Program-made: the position numbers and the translations under genes
Part shown: in pieces, positions 30,520-39,011 of the stretch
How positions within the stretch are numbered: position 1 is the first letter of the stretch
Layout of the letters: each line of letters begins with the position of its first letter
The notes under the pieces: generated by a model
What the model saw: the letters and a program-made list of their open reading frames with translations, nothing else
Told to the model about the DNA's origin: nothing
Database searches by the model: none
DNA from: a virus
Taxonomy: Duplodnaviria; Caudoviricetes
Virus record (IMG/VR): IMGVR_UViG_3300030098_001117
Span: 1 to 52,873 of that record
DNA: 52,873 nucleotides
Direction: 5' to 3' (one strand)

Positions 30520-30999
30520 ATGGATTATATATACACATTTTTTGTTGACCCCAAAGAAAGAATCATACAACATAAAAAAATAAGTCAAAAAGACTGGTAT
30601 GAAGAAATGAGAGCAGATATAGGTTGCAGGCTTATAGAAACTCAAGCAGTCATAGATGCACCTGCAACTCGTTGGTGGGGAGACGAAGAAGGTCTATTAA
30701 AAAGTGATGAAGAAAGATATTTTTTCAAATTTTCTACATTACAAAATATAGACAATGGCATCAGAGTTTATGACCACAGTAAAGCAACAAAGGATTATAT
30801 AAAAAACTTTGATTCTTTTTGGACTCCACCAATAGTTTGGGAGTTTTGTGGTCCATGTTTTTTTACTGGTGTAACAGAGACAGAGGAAGGGGAAGATTTA
30901 GCAAGCGTACAGTTGCCCCTTTGGCAATTTGCTCAGTGCATAGAGTTTATGCACGAAGGTTATCAAGTAGAACCTTCTATTGAATTTATTAGTATATGA
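30520..30999 (+). CDS. Hypothetical protein (DUF3846-like)
   Basis: IGCRLIE...DEEGLLK...G.CFFTG...GE pattern. Confidence 0.5.
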   Translation: MDYIYTFFVDPKERIIQHKKISQKDWYEEMRADIGCRLIETQAVIDAPATRWWGDEEGLLKSDEERYFFKFSTLQNIDNGIRVYDHSKATKDYIKNFDSFWTPPIVWEFCGPCFFTGVTETEEGEDLASVQLPLWQFAQCIEFMHEGYQVEPSIEFISI

Positions 31000-31154
31000 G
31001 AAAAGCAACACAAAATCATTTATTACGTCACGAACCTAAATGTGGTTCTAGGGGAAAGAAAACAAGTATAGGCAGAGGAAATGTTGGAACATCCACCATG
31101 AACAAACACAAAAAGCGTATGCGTAAAGCTAAATATAGGGGACAAGGCAAATGA
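30996..31154 (+). CDS. Small basic protein (52 aa)
   Basis: Manual: MRKATQNH...KKTSIGRG...STMNKHKKRMRKAKYRGQGK, with ATGA overlaps on both sides. Confidence 0.6.
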   Translation: MRKATQNHLLRHEPKCGSRGKKTSIGRGNVGTSTMNKHKKRMRKAKYRGQGK

Positions 31155-31408
31155 AAGACATTGAAGATTTTAAAGATGAATGGAGAAATGAGGTAAAGTC
31201 TGACGTAACATTTAAAGAAATTAATTTACCTAAAGATAAGTATTTGCAAGCAAAAAAAGATACAAGAATAACTGCTAGAGCCAATCAAGAATATCAAGAT
31301 AAATTAAAAGAAATGTCTAAAACTTATAATCTAGCAGAAGGAGTTTTACTTTCTTATATGATTGATTATTTTTATGAACACTTAATGGAGAAAACAAATG
31401 AAAGATAA
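31151..31408 (+). CDS. Hypothetical protein, possible ribbon-helix-helix
   Basis: DTRITARANQEYQDKLKEMSKTYNLAEGVLLSYMIDYF has strand-helix-helix spacing. Confidence 0.5.
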   Translation: MKDIEDFKDEWRNEVKSDVTFKEINLPKDKYLQAKKDTRITARANQEYQDKLKEMSKTYNLAEGVLLSYMIDYFYEHLMEKTNER

Positions 31409-31556
31409 TACTTATGGCGATTATTCTAAAGAAGAAGAATATGGACAAGCACCTACAGAGCCACATGATGAATATGGCAGACCTGTTAAAAAAAGGAAAA
31501 TGCCTAAGAACTGGGCAAAAAAAATAGCTGCTTACAACAACAATAGAAGAAATTAA
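31398..31556 (+). CDS. Small hypothetical protein (52 aa)
   Basis: Manual: GGAG RBS, MKDNTYGDYSKEEEYG...NNRRN. Confidence 0.45.
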   Translation: MKDNTYGDYSKEEEYGQAPTEPHDEYGRPVKKRKMPKNWAKKIAAYNNNRRN

Positions 31557-31706
31557 ATGACTAAATTTAGAGATATTCTATTTTATACAGTAATAGGTTT
31601 ATTGTTTGGGTGTTTTGTATTGGCATTAATGCTAATTTGTTTGCCTTATTATTTGGGCAGGGAACTATGGCATAGATTAGAAGATTGGCAAATGAATAGA
31701 AATTAA
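31557..31706 (+). CDS. Small membrane protein (49 aa)
   Basis: Manual: MTKFRDILFYTVIGLLFGCFVLALMLICLPYYLG..., one TM helix. Confidence 0.45.
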   Translation: MTKFRDILFYTVIGLLFGCFVLALMLICLPYYLGRELWHRLEDWQMNRN

Positions 31707-31725
31707 TAAAAAAATGGGGGAGAAA

Positions 31726-31890
31726 ATGTACGAAGTATTTAAGTACGATAAGAAGAATAGCTATTTCAATAACTTCTATAACTGGTGGGCATTAGACTGT
31801 GAGGAAAAAAGAGGATTCGGACAAAAGCCTTACACAGACGAAGAAGCTATAGCTAAATTTAACCAGTATTACGGTCATTACAATAAATAA
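31726..31890 (+). CDS. Small hypothetical protein (54 aa)
   Basis: Manual: GGGGGAG RBS, MYEVFKYDKKNSYFNNFYNWWALDCEEKR... Confidence 0.5.
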   Translation: MYEVFKYDKKNSYFNNFYNWWALDCEEKRGFGQKPYTDEEAIAKFNQYYGHYNK

Positions 31891-31919
31891 TTGTTCAAAT
31901 TTTAACCAGTTGGTAAAAT
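31891..31919 (+). promoter_or_regulatory. Sigma70-like promoter
   Basis: TTGTTC-N17-TAAAAT with extended -10 TG. Confidence 0.5.
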
Positions 31920-31931
31920 AGACCTTTAATC

Positions 31932-32135
31932 ATGGGGGGAAATGCAATGACGCAATATGATTATAAAGTTGATTCGGTTAGACAAAGATTGAAGGCTGAA
32001 GAATTGGATAGACAAATAGAATCTTACTATGCTGATTCTAAAATGGTCAGAACTAGATATAGGAGTGGACGTATTTTGATAAAATACAAAGACCCTAATC
32101 TACATTCAGTTGAAATATTTGAAGAACCTATATGA
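31932..32135 (+). CDS. Hypothetical protein
   Basis: 67 aa ORF; the true start may be the downstream MTQYDY after GGGGGA. Confidence 0.5.
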   Translation: MGGNAMTQYDYKVDSVRQRLKAEELDRQIESYYADSKMVRTRYRSGRILIKYKDPNLHSVEIFEEPI

Positions 32136-32692
32136 ATAGTTGGTGGTACGCTTGGGATGCAGAACTTTCTGAGTCTGCTTGTGATGAACTTCGTATGCTC
32201 ATTACCCAAGTTGACACCAAGCTAGGAGAAGTTGGTCACGACAATACCAGTCTTAACAAAAAGATAAGGTCATCTGAAATAGTAGGCATTGATTACAACA
32301 ATCCTTATTCAGACTTTATCAATAGCCTTGTCTACAAATATATAGTCATGGCTAATAGGGAAAGTTTTGGCTTTAACTTAAATGGAATGTATGAGTTCCA
32401 ATTAGGTAAATATAAATCAGGAGACTTTTACACTGAGCACATGGACTGTAACTTGTTAAATAATGCTTCTCAAAGAAAGCTAAGTGTTACTGTTCAGCTT
32501 AGTCACAGCAAGGAATATGAAGGTGGAGACTTTGTTTTTACTAAAGATATACCCACACCTGACCAAGAATTAATTAGGCAAAAGGGCACAGTTATCGTGT
32601 TTCCTTCTTTCTTATATCATCAAGTAATGCCTGTTACCAAAGGAACTAGATATTCTTTAGTGGGTTGGTATGAGGGTAATGATTGGATTTAG
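32132..32692 (+). CDS. 2OG-Fe(II) oxygenase (PKHD-type hydroxylase)
   Basis: IRSS, FYTEHMD, RKLSVTVQLS..EYEGG, FPSFLYHQV.PVTKGTRYSLVGW. Confidence 0.92.
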   Translation: MNSWWYAWDAELSESACDELRMLITQVDTKLGEVGHDNTSLNKKIRSSEIVGIDYNNPYSDFINSLVYKYIVMANRESFGFNLNGMYEFQLGKYKSGDFYTEHMDCNLLNNASQRKLSVTVQLSHSKEYEGGDFVFTKDIPTPDQELIRQKGTVIVFPSFLYHQVMPVTKGTRYSLVGWYEGNDWI

Positions 32693-32712
32693 AGAAGGGC
32701 AGAACGAATGTC

Positions 32713-32946
32713 CTACCCAGTATTCTCTCCACTTTTCTCACTTTGATACTTGATGTTCAACCCTGCTAGGGTACAAAGCCGATTTTTTTCATCAAGTCCT
32801 TTTGGAGTAATAGCAAAGCCTTCTTCTTCTTTGGCTACAAAGCCGTCGTTGACTACTTCTTCTAAATGTTCTTGTGGTGTTTCTTCTTTGAACATTACTG
32901 ACAGTATTGCCCCAAGTCTTTTGTTCTGTTTCTTTGACAGTGCCAT
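32713..32946 (-). CDS. Hypothetical protein, last gene of the late/lysis operon
   Basis: MALSKKQNKRLG...ITPKGLDEKNRLCTLAGL; TGATG coupling to the lysozyme. Confidence 0.55.
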   Translation of the reverse strand: MALSKKQNKRLGAILSVMFKEETPQEHLEEVVNDGFVAKEEEGFAITPKGLDEKNRLCTLAGLNIKYQSEKSGENTG

Positions 32947-33392
32947 CAGACAGCGTACCACTCTCCACCTTGAAACATAATAGCTTCCGCTTCTCTGCGT
33001 CTAACTAAACCATTTAATACTTCACCACCTGCTTTATTCCATCTTTTCATTTGTGCAGGAACTTCGTCATACTTACCTTCATTCAAAACTTTTAACATTG
33101 TGCTTTCTTGTAAGTTTCCTGAACCTAAGTTAAAGACCCAAGCAACCAATGCATCAAATTGACATTGCTTGAGAGGAACTTTGACCATCTTATTTATATA
33201 ATCTTCATATTCAGGCAGTTCTTCCTGTAATAAATGTTCTGCTTCATCTTGGTTAATCTTGTCGCCTTCCCTAACTCCTTTTATAGTTCCATATCCTATT
33301 GTCCAGATTCCTACGCTGTCCTGATACGCTTCTAACCTACAACCTTCAAACTTTTTAATTAACGAGATTCCTTCTTCGCTTATTATTTGCAT
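32946..33392 (-). CDS. Endolysin, phage lysozyme GH24
   Basis: EGISLIKKFEGCRLEAYQDSVGIWTIGYG (E-8x-D-5x-T triad), QFDALV..FNLG, GLVRRREAE. Start at MQIISEEG; no SAR domain. Confidence 0.95.
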   Translation of the reverse strand: MQIISEEGISLIKKFEGCRLEAYQDSVGIWTIGYGTIKGVREGDKINQDEAEHLLQEELPEYEDYINKMVKVPLKQCQFDALVAWVFNLGSGNLQESTMLKVLNEGKYDEVPAQMKRWNKAGGEVLNGLVRRREAEAIMFQGGEWYAV

Positions 33393-33393
33393 A

Positions 33394-33789
33394 TTATTCT
33401 CCCCAAGTTCCATCTTCTCGGACTTTGGCTTTCTTAGTACCACCCCAATATTCCACTGCATGACCTTCATCAATAAGCGTCTTACAAATGTCATTACCTT
33501 CTGCATCATAGGGTATTCCTAATATTCTTCCGTATTTGCCTTTTCCTAAAGATTTAACTTTAAATGTGCCTTCGCACAATTCTATTAATCTTTCTTTAGC
33601 TTTAAGACCTAATGCCTTTTCAGCTAAGTTCCTTGTTCTGCTCTCAGGGGTATCTATCCCTGCGAGCCTTACCCTTTGTTTGTGTAATTGAACATCAAAG
33701 CCTAAGTCCAACGTACAATCAAGGGTGTCCCCATCAACCACCCTGTCTAGAGTTGCTCTGTATACAAAAGCGTCAGGGGATTCACTCAT
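33394..33789 (-). CDS. Thermonuclease (SNase-like)
   Basis: RVVDGDT, RVRLAGIDTPE, GKYGRILG, LIDEGHAVEY. Confidence 0.9.
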   Translation of the reverse strand: MSESPDAFVYRATLDRVVDGDTLDCTLDLGFDVQLHKQRVRLAGIDTPESRTRNLAEKALGLKAKERLIELCEGTFKVKSLGKGKYGRILGIPYDAEGNDICKTLIDEGHAVEYWGGTKKAKVREDGTWGE

Positions 33790-33974
33790 TTCTTAGGTGC
33801 TACTTCTTTAGCCTTTCCCACGTTCAAGGCACACCAATCTAGGACTTTGTAAATCTTTCCTATGATTTGGTCGTCTTTAGGTGTTGGTGTTAAGGCACAC
33901 ACCAAAGATGCAGCCATAACAATAAAGGGAATAACTTGTGCTACTCTAACTAGCCACTCTATGATTTCTAACAT
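33786..33974 (-). CDS. Small membrane protein, holin candidate
   Basis: 62 aa with a hydrophobic N-terminal half, ALTPTPKDD...LALNVG-type pattern, AGGAGG RBS, in the lysis cassette. Confidence 0.55.
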   Translation of the reverse strand: MLEIIEWLVRVAQVIPFIVMAASLVCALTPTPKDDQIIGKIYKVLDWCALNVGKAKEVAPKK

Positions 33975-34018
33975 AATTACCTCCTACTATGTTTAGATAG
34001 GATTGATTCTATAACAGA

Positions 34019-34393
34019 TTATTCCTTTTTTGTATCATCTTCTTCTTTATCTAGACTTCTGTAATACTTAATGATGCTTAAAATATCTTTTGTATATCTG
34101 GTTATTTCAGCCATGTCCATGCTTAGATTTTCGTATTCTTTACTGGTTAAGGAGTAATAAGCACGCTTCGGAGCATCTCCATTTTCAAGATTTTTAAGAT
34201 ATTCTTCCATTCTTTCTGGGGTCATAACCTCCCAATCAACATCAGATAAACTCATGGGATATGGTAGAGGTGGGTGATAAATAGGTGGTCTTTCAGATAT
34301 TGTTTTGACCTGCACTGGTTTTACTTGCGGTTGCATTAGAGAACAACTCGCCATAAATATACTAAGACTAATTACTGCTAGGTGCTTCATCAA
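34019..34393 (-). CDS. Outer-membrane spanin (Rz1-like lipoprotein)
   Basis: Lipobox MASC after a hydrophobic signal, Pro-rich PPIYHPPLPYP; overlaps the upstream i-spanin candidate. Confidence 0.7.
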   Translation of the reverse strand: MMKHLAVISLSIFMASCSLMQPQVKPVQVKTISERPPIYHPPLPYPMSLSDVDWEVMTPERMEEYLKNLENGDAPKRAYYSLTSKEYENLSMDMAEITRYTKDILSIIKYYRSLDKEEDDTKKE

Positions 34394-34772
34394 ACTGGTT
34401 TGGATTACTTAACTTTTCAAGAGTTGCCATGACTCTTGCTGATGCTTTATTAATTCTATTCTGTAAATCTTCTGGGTTTGCTAACGCAGATTCATCTAAA
34501 TCTAAGTTGGAAAATGTTTTTCTTAGCCTATTAACATCTTTCATGGCTTGTCTATTTTCCTCAGCGAGATTATTCATCTGCTGTTGCTGTTGTTTTGCTT
34601 GTTCTAAATGCCTTTCTATGGCTTCGTTCTGTTCTTGTATTTGTGTCTCAAGGACTATTTGATTCCCTTTCAGGGTAGCTATCTGGTCGTTTAGATAATC
34701 AATGTAATACCAAGAACTTGCTAATGTTACTAATAACAATCCGCCTAGTATTAGTGATAATTTCATTCCCAT
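34368..34772 (-). CDS. Inner-membrane spanin (Rz-like)
   Basis: N-terminal TM helix plus a long coiled coil; precedes the lipoprotein. Confidence 0.7.
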   Translation of the reverse strand: MGMKLSLILGGLLLVTLASSWYYIDYLNDQIATLKGNQIVLETQIQEQNEAIERHLEQAKQQQQQMNNLAEENRQAMKDVNRLRKTFSNLDLDESALANPEDLQNRINKASARVMATLEKLSNPNQFDEAPSSN

Positions 34773-36535
34773 GTATACACTTGTAATGGTTTTTCTTTAC
34801 CTTTGACCTTCAAAGGCTCTAATTTTTTTAAATTATAGTCACTCTTTATAGCAGTATTGTAACCAATGAGCAAATCTACTCCTGCTTCTTTAGTGCCACT
34901 TTCTAACCTTGCACCTGTATTAACTGCATCACCTATTGCCGTATAGTCAAATCTTGATTCACTGCCCATATTTCCTATCACTGCATATCCAGTATTGATG
35001 CCTATGCCTATAGCAACAGGCGGTAAATCCTTTTCAGCTAGTTCTTCACTCAGCAATTCCATATTCTTTTTTATATCTAAAGCACAATCTATAGCCTTAT
35101 TTTCATGGAAATCTTGGTCTAAAGGAGCATTGAATATAGCCATCATTGCATCCCCTATGTATTTATCCACCATCCCCCCATGAGCCTGAACTGCTTTTTG
35201 TTGAGCAGTAAGTGCTTTATTCATAATATAAGTTACATCTTGGGGATCTAATTTTTCTGACATTGAGGTAAACCCACGAACATCAGTAAATAAAAATGAT
35301 GCATAGCGAGTTTCTCCGCCTAGCTTTAACAAATTTGGATTTTTTTGTAACTCTTTTACCTGTCTTGGGTCTAGGTAATGCTCAAATTGTTTTTTAATCT
35401 GCTGTCTTAATTTGTATTGCTCTCTAAATCTCATATAGAAAGCTACAGAACCAGTTATAAATTGAGATATTAATGCCCAAGTTACATCTATTAGTAATCC
35501 TTGTTGAATAGTCCAGAAGCCAAAATAAGCCGTTGTAAGCATTAAAGATATAAATAGGGTAATACCAAGCGTAATACCAAAAACGTGCAGGAGAAGCCAC
35601 GCAAATAGCACTGAGAGGGCAAATATACCTACCTCTAGTGCTAAAGCATAGTCAGGAACATAAGGACTGTTTTCAATAAGTATAGACTCTGCTAATGCAG
35701 CCTGAATCTTATGTGGTTCCAAAAGTTGATTATTAGGAACAGCTAATTGGGGCATTATTCCTTTTGCAGTAAAACCAACAAATACAAACTTATTTTCTAC
35801 ATCCATTTCTTTGAGGTCTGTCTGCGGAGTATCTACCCACGAAACCCATTTACGACCAAGAGCATCAGTTTTCACAGGCAGTAAACCTTTTACTCTTATT
35901 TCCTCTATTCCTAATTCATTAGTTTTGATAACGTATGTATCAGCACCAGTTAATATTTTTAATACTTCAGTACCATACGCAGGGACCCAACCATCAGGAG
36001 TTCTTAGCAATAAAGGTAATCTTCTTATCAATGAATCAACTTCTACTCTAGCAACTGCTATACCTTGATTGGCGTTCTCTTTAAGTATATCTATATTTTG
36101 AATAACCCCCTGTGCATCTATACCACCTTTGTCATCACCCATAATGACAGTTCCTGTTGTCGGTGGAAAATCTCCGTTATCATTTTCAAACATTGCCAAG
36201 ATACTTGGTGCGTAAGATAAGGCTTCAGAGAATTCTGCATCTCCGCCAAATCTATCTGGTTGAGGAAAGGCAACTACCCAACCGACACCTATTGCTCCAC
36301 TATTTAAAATTTCTACCTGTATTTCAGCGAGCCTTTGTCTACTCAGTGGGTAGCCACCCTCTCTAGTTATATCATCTTCTGTGATATTAAGTATAGTGAA
36401 ATATCCAGAAGGCTGTTGTTCTGGAACTAATACATCAAATGTTTTTAGTTTTAAGGTTTCACGTGGAACGTTTTCAAACACTAAAGGCATACCCAATAGA
36501 ACTAAAAGAACTATTGGTATTACCCTCTTAATCAT
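34763..36535 (-). CDS. CHASE2-domain class III adenylate cyclase
   Basis: Periplasmic CHASE2 (GGYPLSRQRLA, FPQPDRFGGD..F, D..IRRLPL, VFVG.TA, H.IQA), three TM helices, and a cyclase domain FTDVRGFT / DKYIGDA / GIGINTG / GNMGS..RFDYTAIGDAVNTGARLES. Confidence 0.92.
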   Translation of the reverse strand: MIKRVIPIVLLVLLGMPLVFENVPRETLKLKTFDVLVPEQQPSGYFTILNITEDDITREGGYPLSRQRLAEIQVEILNSGAIGVGWVVAFPQPDRFGGDAEFSEALSYAPSILAMFENDNGDFPPTTGTVIMGDDKGGIDAQGVIQNIDILKENANQGIAVARVEVDSLIRRLPLLLRTPDGWVPAYGTEVLKILTGADTYVIKTNELGIEEIRVKGLLPVKTDALGRKWVSWVDTPQTDLKEMDVENKFVFVGFTAKGIMPQLAVPNNQLLEPHKIQAALAESILIENSPYVPDYALALEVGIFALSVLFAWLLLHVFGITLGITLFISLMLTTAYFGFWTIQQGLLIDVTWALISQFITGSVAFYMRFREQYKLRQQIKKQFEHYLDPRQVKELQKNPNLLKLGGETRYASFLFTDVRGFTSMSEKLDPQDVTYIMNKALTAQQKAVQAHGGMVDKYIGDAMMAIFNAPLDQDFHENKAIDCALDIKKNMELLSEELAEKDLPPVAIGIGINTGYAVIGNMGSESRFDYTAIGDAVNTGARLESGTKEAGVDLLIGYNTAIKSDYNLKKLEPLKVKGKEKPLQVYTWE

Positions 36536-37322
36536 ATTGGGTAATTGTTAGAGTTTTATTGCAATTTGTTACGCAGTTATAGGTAGCTGTAAAAGATTTA
36601 TTTGTAGTTCCGCTTTGAGTTACTGATACGTTGTAATCGTCTTTATAGAAATTTAGCCTAGCAGTATGGTCTCCTGAGCCTGATTGATTTATAGACGCTG
36701 TTCCATCATCTGCGTCTGAATACCAAAACACATCTGCATCATGGTCTCCACTTCCTGATTGAGTTATGGTCGTTGTATTTCCATCAGCGTAGTTATAGTT
36801 GTATATATAAGCATTATGATGCCCTGTTCCAGATTGAGTTATAGTGCTAGTAGCATCATCTCCAAATGCCAATATCTTTGCGTACTTGTTGTTTCCAGTT
36901 TGCGATATTGAATAGGTAGTATCATCTCCTGCCATTAATATCTCTCCATGATTATCGTCTCCATTTTGAGTTATAGTTGCAGTATTGTCGTCTTGGTCTA
37001 AATCTAAATATCCGTAATTGTCATCACCTGTCTGGGTTATGGTGAAGTTATTATCTGTGTGATTAGACCATTGAGAATAGGCTTTAGTCGTATTTCCTGA
37101 GCCTGTAGTGGTTAAATTGATAGTTGCCCTAGTACAAGTATGGGTTTGGTAGACTCCGTTGCTTAAACCACAATAGACAGTGGCATTGTTTGTATATCCC
37201 ACCTGTTTAATATTGATAACAGAATCATTACCTTTCTGCTGTATGACAGTTGAATTGTTTCCTGCAAAAAGGGGAAAACTAATCAGACTGATTAATAATA
37301 ATCGTACCATCACCTCCACCAT
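36528..37322 (-). CDS. Curlin-repeat (CsgA/CsgB-like) secreted protein
   Basis: Signal peptide (..FPLFA) and roughly 22-25 aa repeats such as NxxTITQxGxxN/H. The start may be ATG 37310. Confidence 0.78.
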   Translation of the reverse strand: MVEVMVRLLLISLISFPLFAGNNSTVIQQKGNDSVINIKQVGYTNNATVYCGLSNGVYQTHTCTRATINLTTTGSGNTTKAYSQWSNHTDNNFTITQTGDDNYGYLDLDQDDNTATITQNGDDNHGEILMAGDDTTYSISQTGNNKYAKILAFGDDATSTITQSGTGHHNAYIYNYNYADGNTTTITQSGSGDHDADVFWYSDADDGTASINQSGSGDHTARLNFYKDDYNVSVTQSGTTNKSFTATYNCVTNCNKTLTITQYD

Positions 37323-38343
37323 TTACTGTTATATTTATAAATTTTCCACCTGCTAATATTTGAATGTTATAAGCACTCCTCTTTTCTATCTGTAAGTCTA
37401 TCGTATTTTCCACACTTCTGAAAAAATTTAGCATCTCACCTTCTACAAAACTATACACTTGTGCCTTTGGGTCATAACCTGCAATGATGCCCTCTAAGGT
37501 AACATCACCTATTTTTGAGACTTCATCTTCGCCTTCTATAAAAGCCAATAGGTCTATTAAGAAATCTACGTTTAATAAATCTATGGATAACCTGTCTATT
37601 TCAAGTTCATCTTCTTCTAATTCATCTTCATCAAAGTTTTCTTCTAAAAAGTCTACATCCAGAACATTAGTGCTTCTGGTGTTTTGTTCATCAACGGCTT
37701 CTTGTACTTCATCTGGTGGATTAACTATTAAAAGGTTATTAATGAAGTTTAAGGTCATATTTACTAAAGTGACTGGTTTGGTAGGGGGTGCTTCAGAAAC
37801 GCTTACCATAGTCGCCTGAAAGGGCTTATTTAGGATTTCTATACCTGCTGCAGTCTCTACTGTTATTTCCCCTGAACTTGTACCATCTTCATTCGGAAGC
37901 AATATCACCAGTGATCGCCCTATTTCGTCTACAGTCGTAGTAAAATCTGTACCACGAATAGATATGTCTGCACTTGGCGTCTTAATAGATATATTTTTTT
38001 TATCTATCTTTCCGAGTTTTCCAGTTATAAATCTTGCAGTACCACTAGCCATATTGAGAGCCAGTCTTGATTTACTTGGATTTGGGTCATAGATGTATTC
38101 ATCTACAACTATTTTAGAATGTTCTGTTAACTTAATAACTGAATCATCTAAAAACTGTATAGCCATACGACCATTGCCAGTACGCACATCATCATTACTG
38201 AGTATGCCTAAAGACAATTCAGCTAATAGTTTATCCCCATTGTTACTGCGTAAGACTTCTCCATTCCCACGCAGTTCAGAAATAGAACCTATATCTGCAT
38301 ATAAAGAACTAGATACTAACCCTATTAGCAACCAGTAGTGCAT
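37279..38343 (-). CDS. Secreted FecR-domain protein
   Basis: Signal peptide (SLYA/D), DDVRTGNG...F.DDS.IKLTEHS....DEYIYDP, GTARF..G, IKTPSA.ISIRGTDF, then a long acidic segment. Confidence 0.85.
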   Translation of the reverse strand: MHYWLLIGLVSSSLYADIGSISELRGNGEVLRSNNGDKLLAELSLGILSNDDVRTGNGRMAIQFLDDSVIKLTEHSKIVVDEYIYDPNPSKSRLALNMASGTARFITGKLGKIDKKNISIKTPSADISIRGTDFTTTVDEIGRSLVILLPNEDGTSSGEITVETAAGIEILNKPFQATMVSVSEAPPTKPVTLVNMTLNFINNLLIVNPPDEVQEAVDEQNTRSTNVLDVDFLEENFDEDELEEDELEIDRLSIDLLNVDFLIDLLAFIEGEDEVSKIGDVTLEGIIAGYDPKAQVYSFVEGEMLNFFRSVENTIDLQIEKRSAYNIQILAGGKFINITVNGGGDGTIIINQSD

Positions 38344-39011
38344 TGGTCAATGTTTATCGTACCGCTTGTTGAAGCTGCGACAATATTGATTGTGTCCGTT
38401 ACACCTGATGCACTTGTTGTTTGGTCAATGTCTATATCGTTACTATCCCCAGTAATACTGGCAGTTATACTTTTATCGTCTGTTCCAATTTGAGTCACGT
38501 CTATATCGTTGCTGTTGCCGTCAATTGTCCAATTATTGACTGCTCCTATAACCTCACTTCTGATGTTTAAATCATTAGAGTTACCAGTTATAACTGCATC
38601 AAAGTTTCCGCCTGTAGCAGCACTTGAACTACCTTGTAACCAAGTCAAAATGTTTTGGTTACCTGTTGCAGAATAGTCAAAGTCAGAACTCGTTACAGCA
38701 CCACTACCTCCTGCCGTGATTGTACTCGTATTGGAATCACCAATTTGGTACATAGTCCAACTAGAACTTGCAGCTTGACTGATAGCATTAGCCAAAGTAT
38801 TAGTATTACCTTGTTGCTTTATATCAGCAGTTATTGAAGCACCTGCAAAAGTAGACCTAGTGTTTGAAGTACCCACTTTATTTGTGTTTCCAATTTGATC
38901 AATCGTTAGGTTAAATGCCCCACCACCTGATTGAGTGATGTAAATATCATTGTCACCTGACCACAGATTAAACGTAGCTAGTATTAATAAAAGTTGTAAT
39001 AAATATTTCAT
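38325..39011 (-). CDS. Curlin-repeat (CsgB/CsgA-like) secreted protein
   Basis: Signal peptide, DNDIYITQSG, IDQIGNTN, IKQQGNTN, YQIGDSN, ITGNSN, IDGNSN, ITGDSN repeats. Confidence 0.75.
   Translation of the reverse strand: MKYLLQLLLILATFNLWSGDNDIYITQSGGGAFNLTIDQIGNTNKVGTSNTRSTFAGASITADIKQQGNTNTLANAISQAASSSWTMYQIGDSNTSTITAGGSGAVTSSDFDYSATGNQNILTWLQGSSSAATGGNFDAVITGNSNDLNIRSEVIGAVNNWTIDGNSNDIDVTQIGTDDKSITASITGDSNDIDIDQTTSASGVTDTINIVAASTSGTINIDQCTTGC

Noticed and set aside
32946-33509. N-terminally extended (SAR-like) lysozyme as in the ORF track
   Set aside because: The extension overlaps the nuclease gene and is not a TM helix; a GGAG RBS supports the start at 33392.
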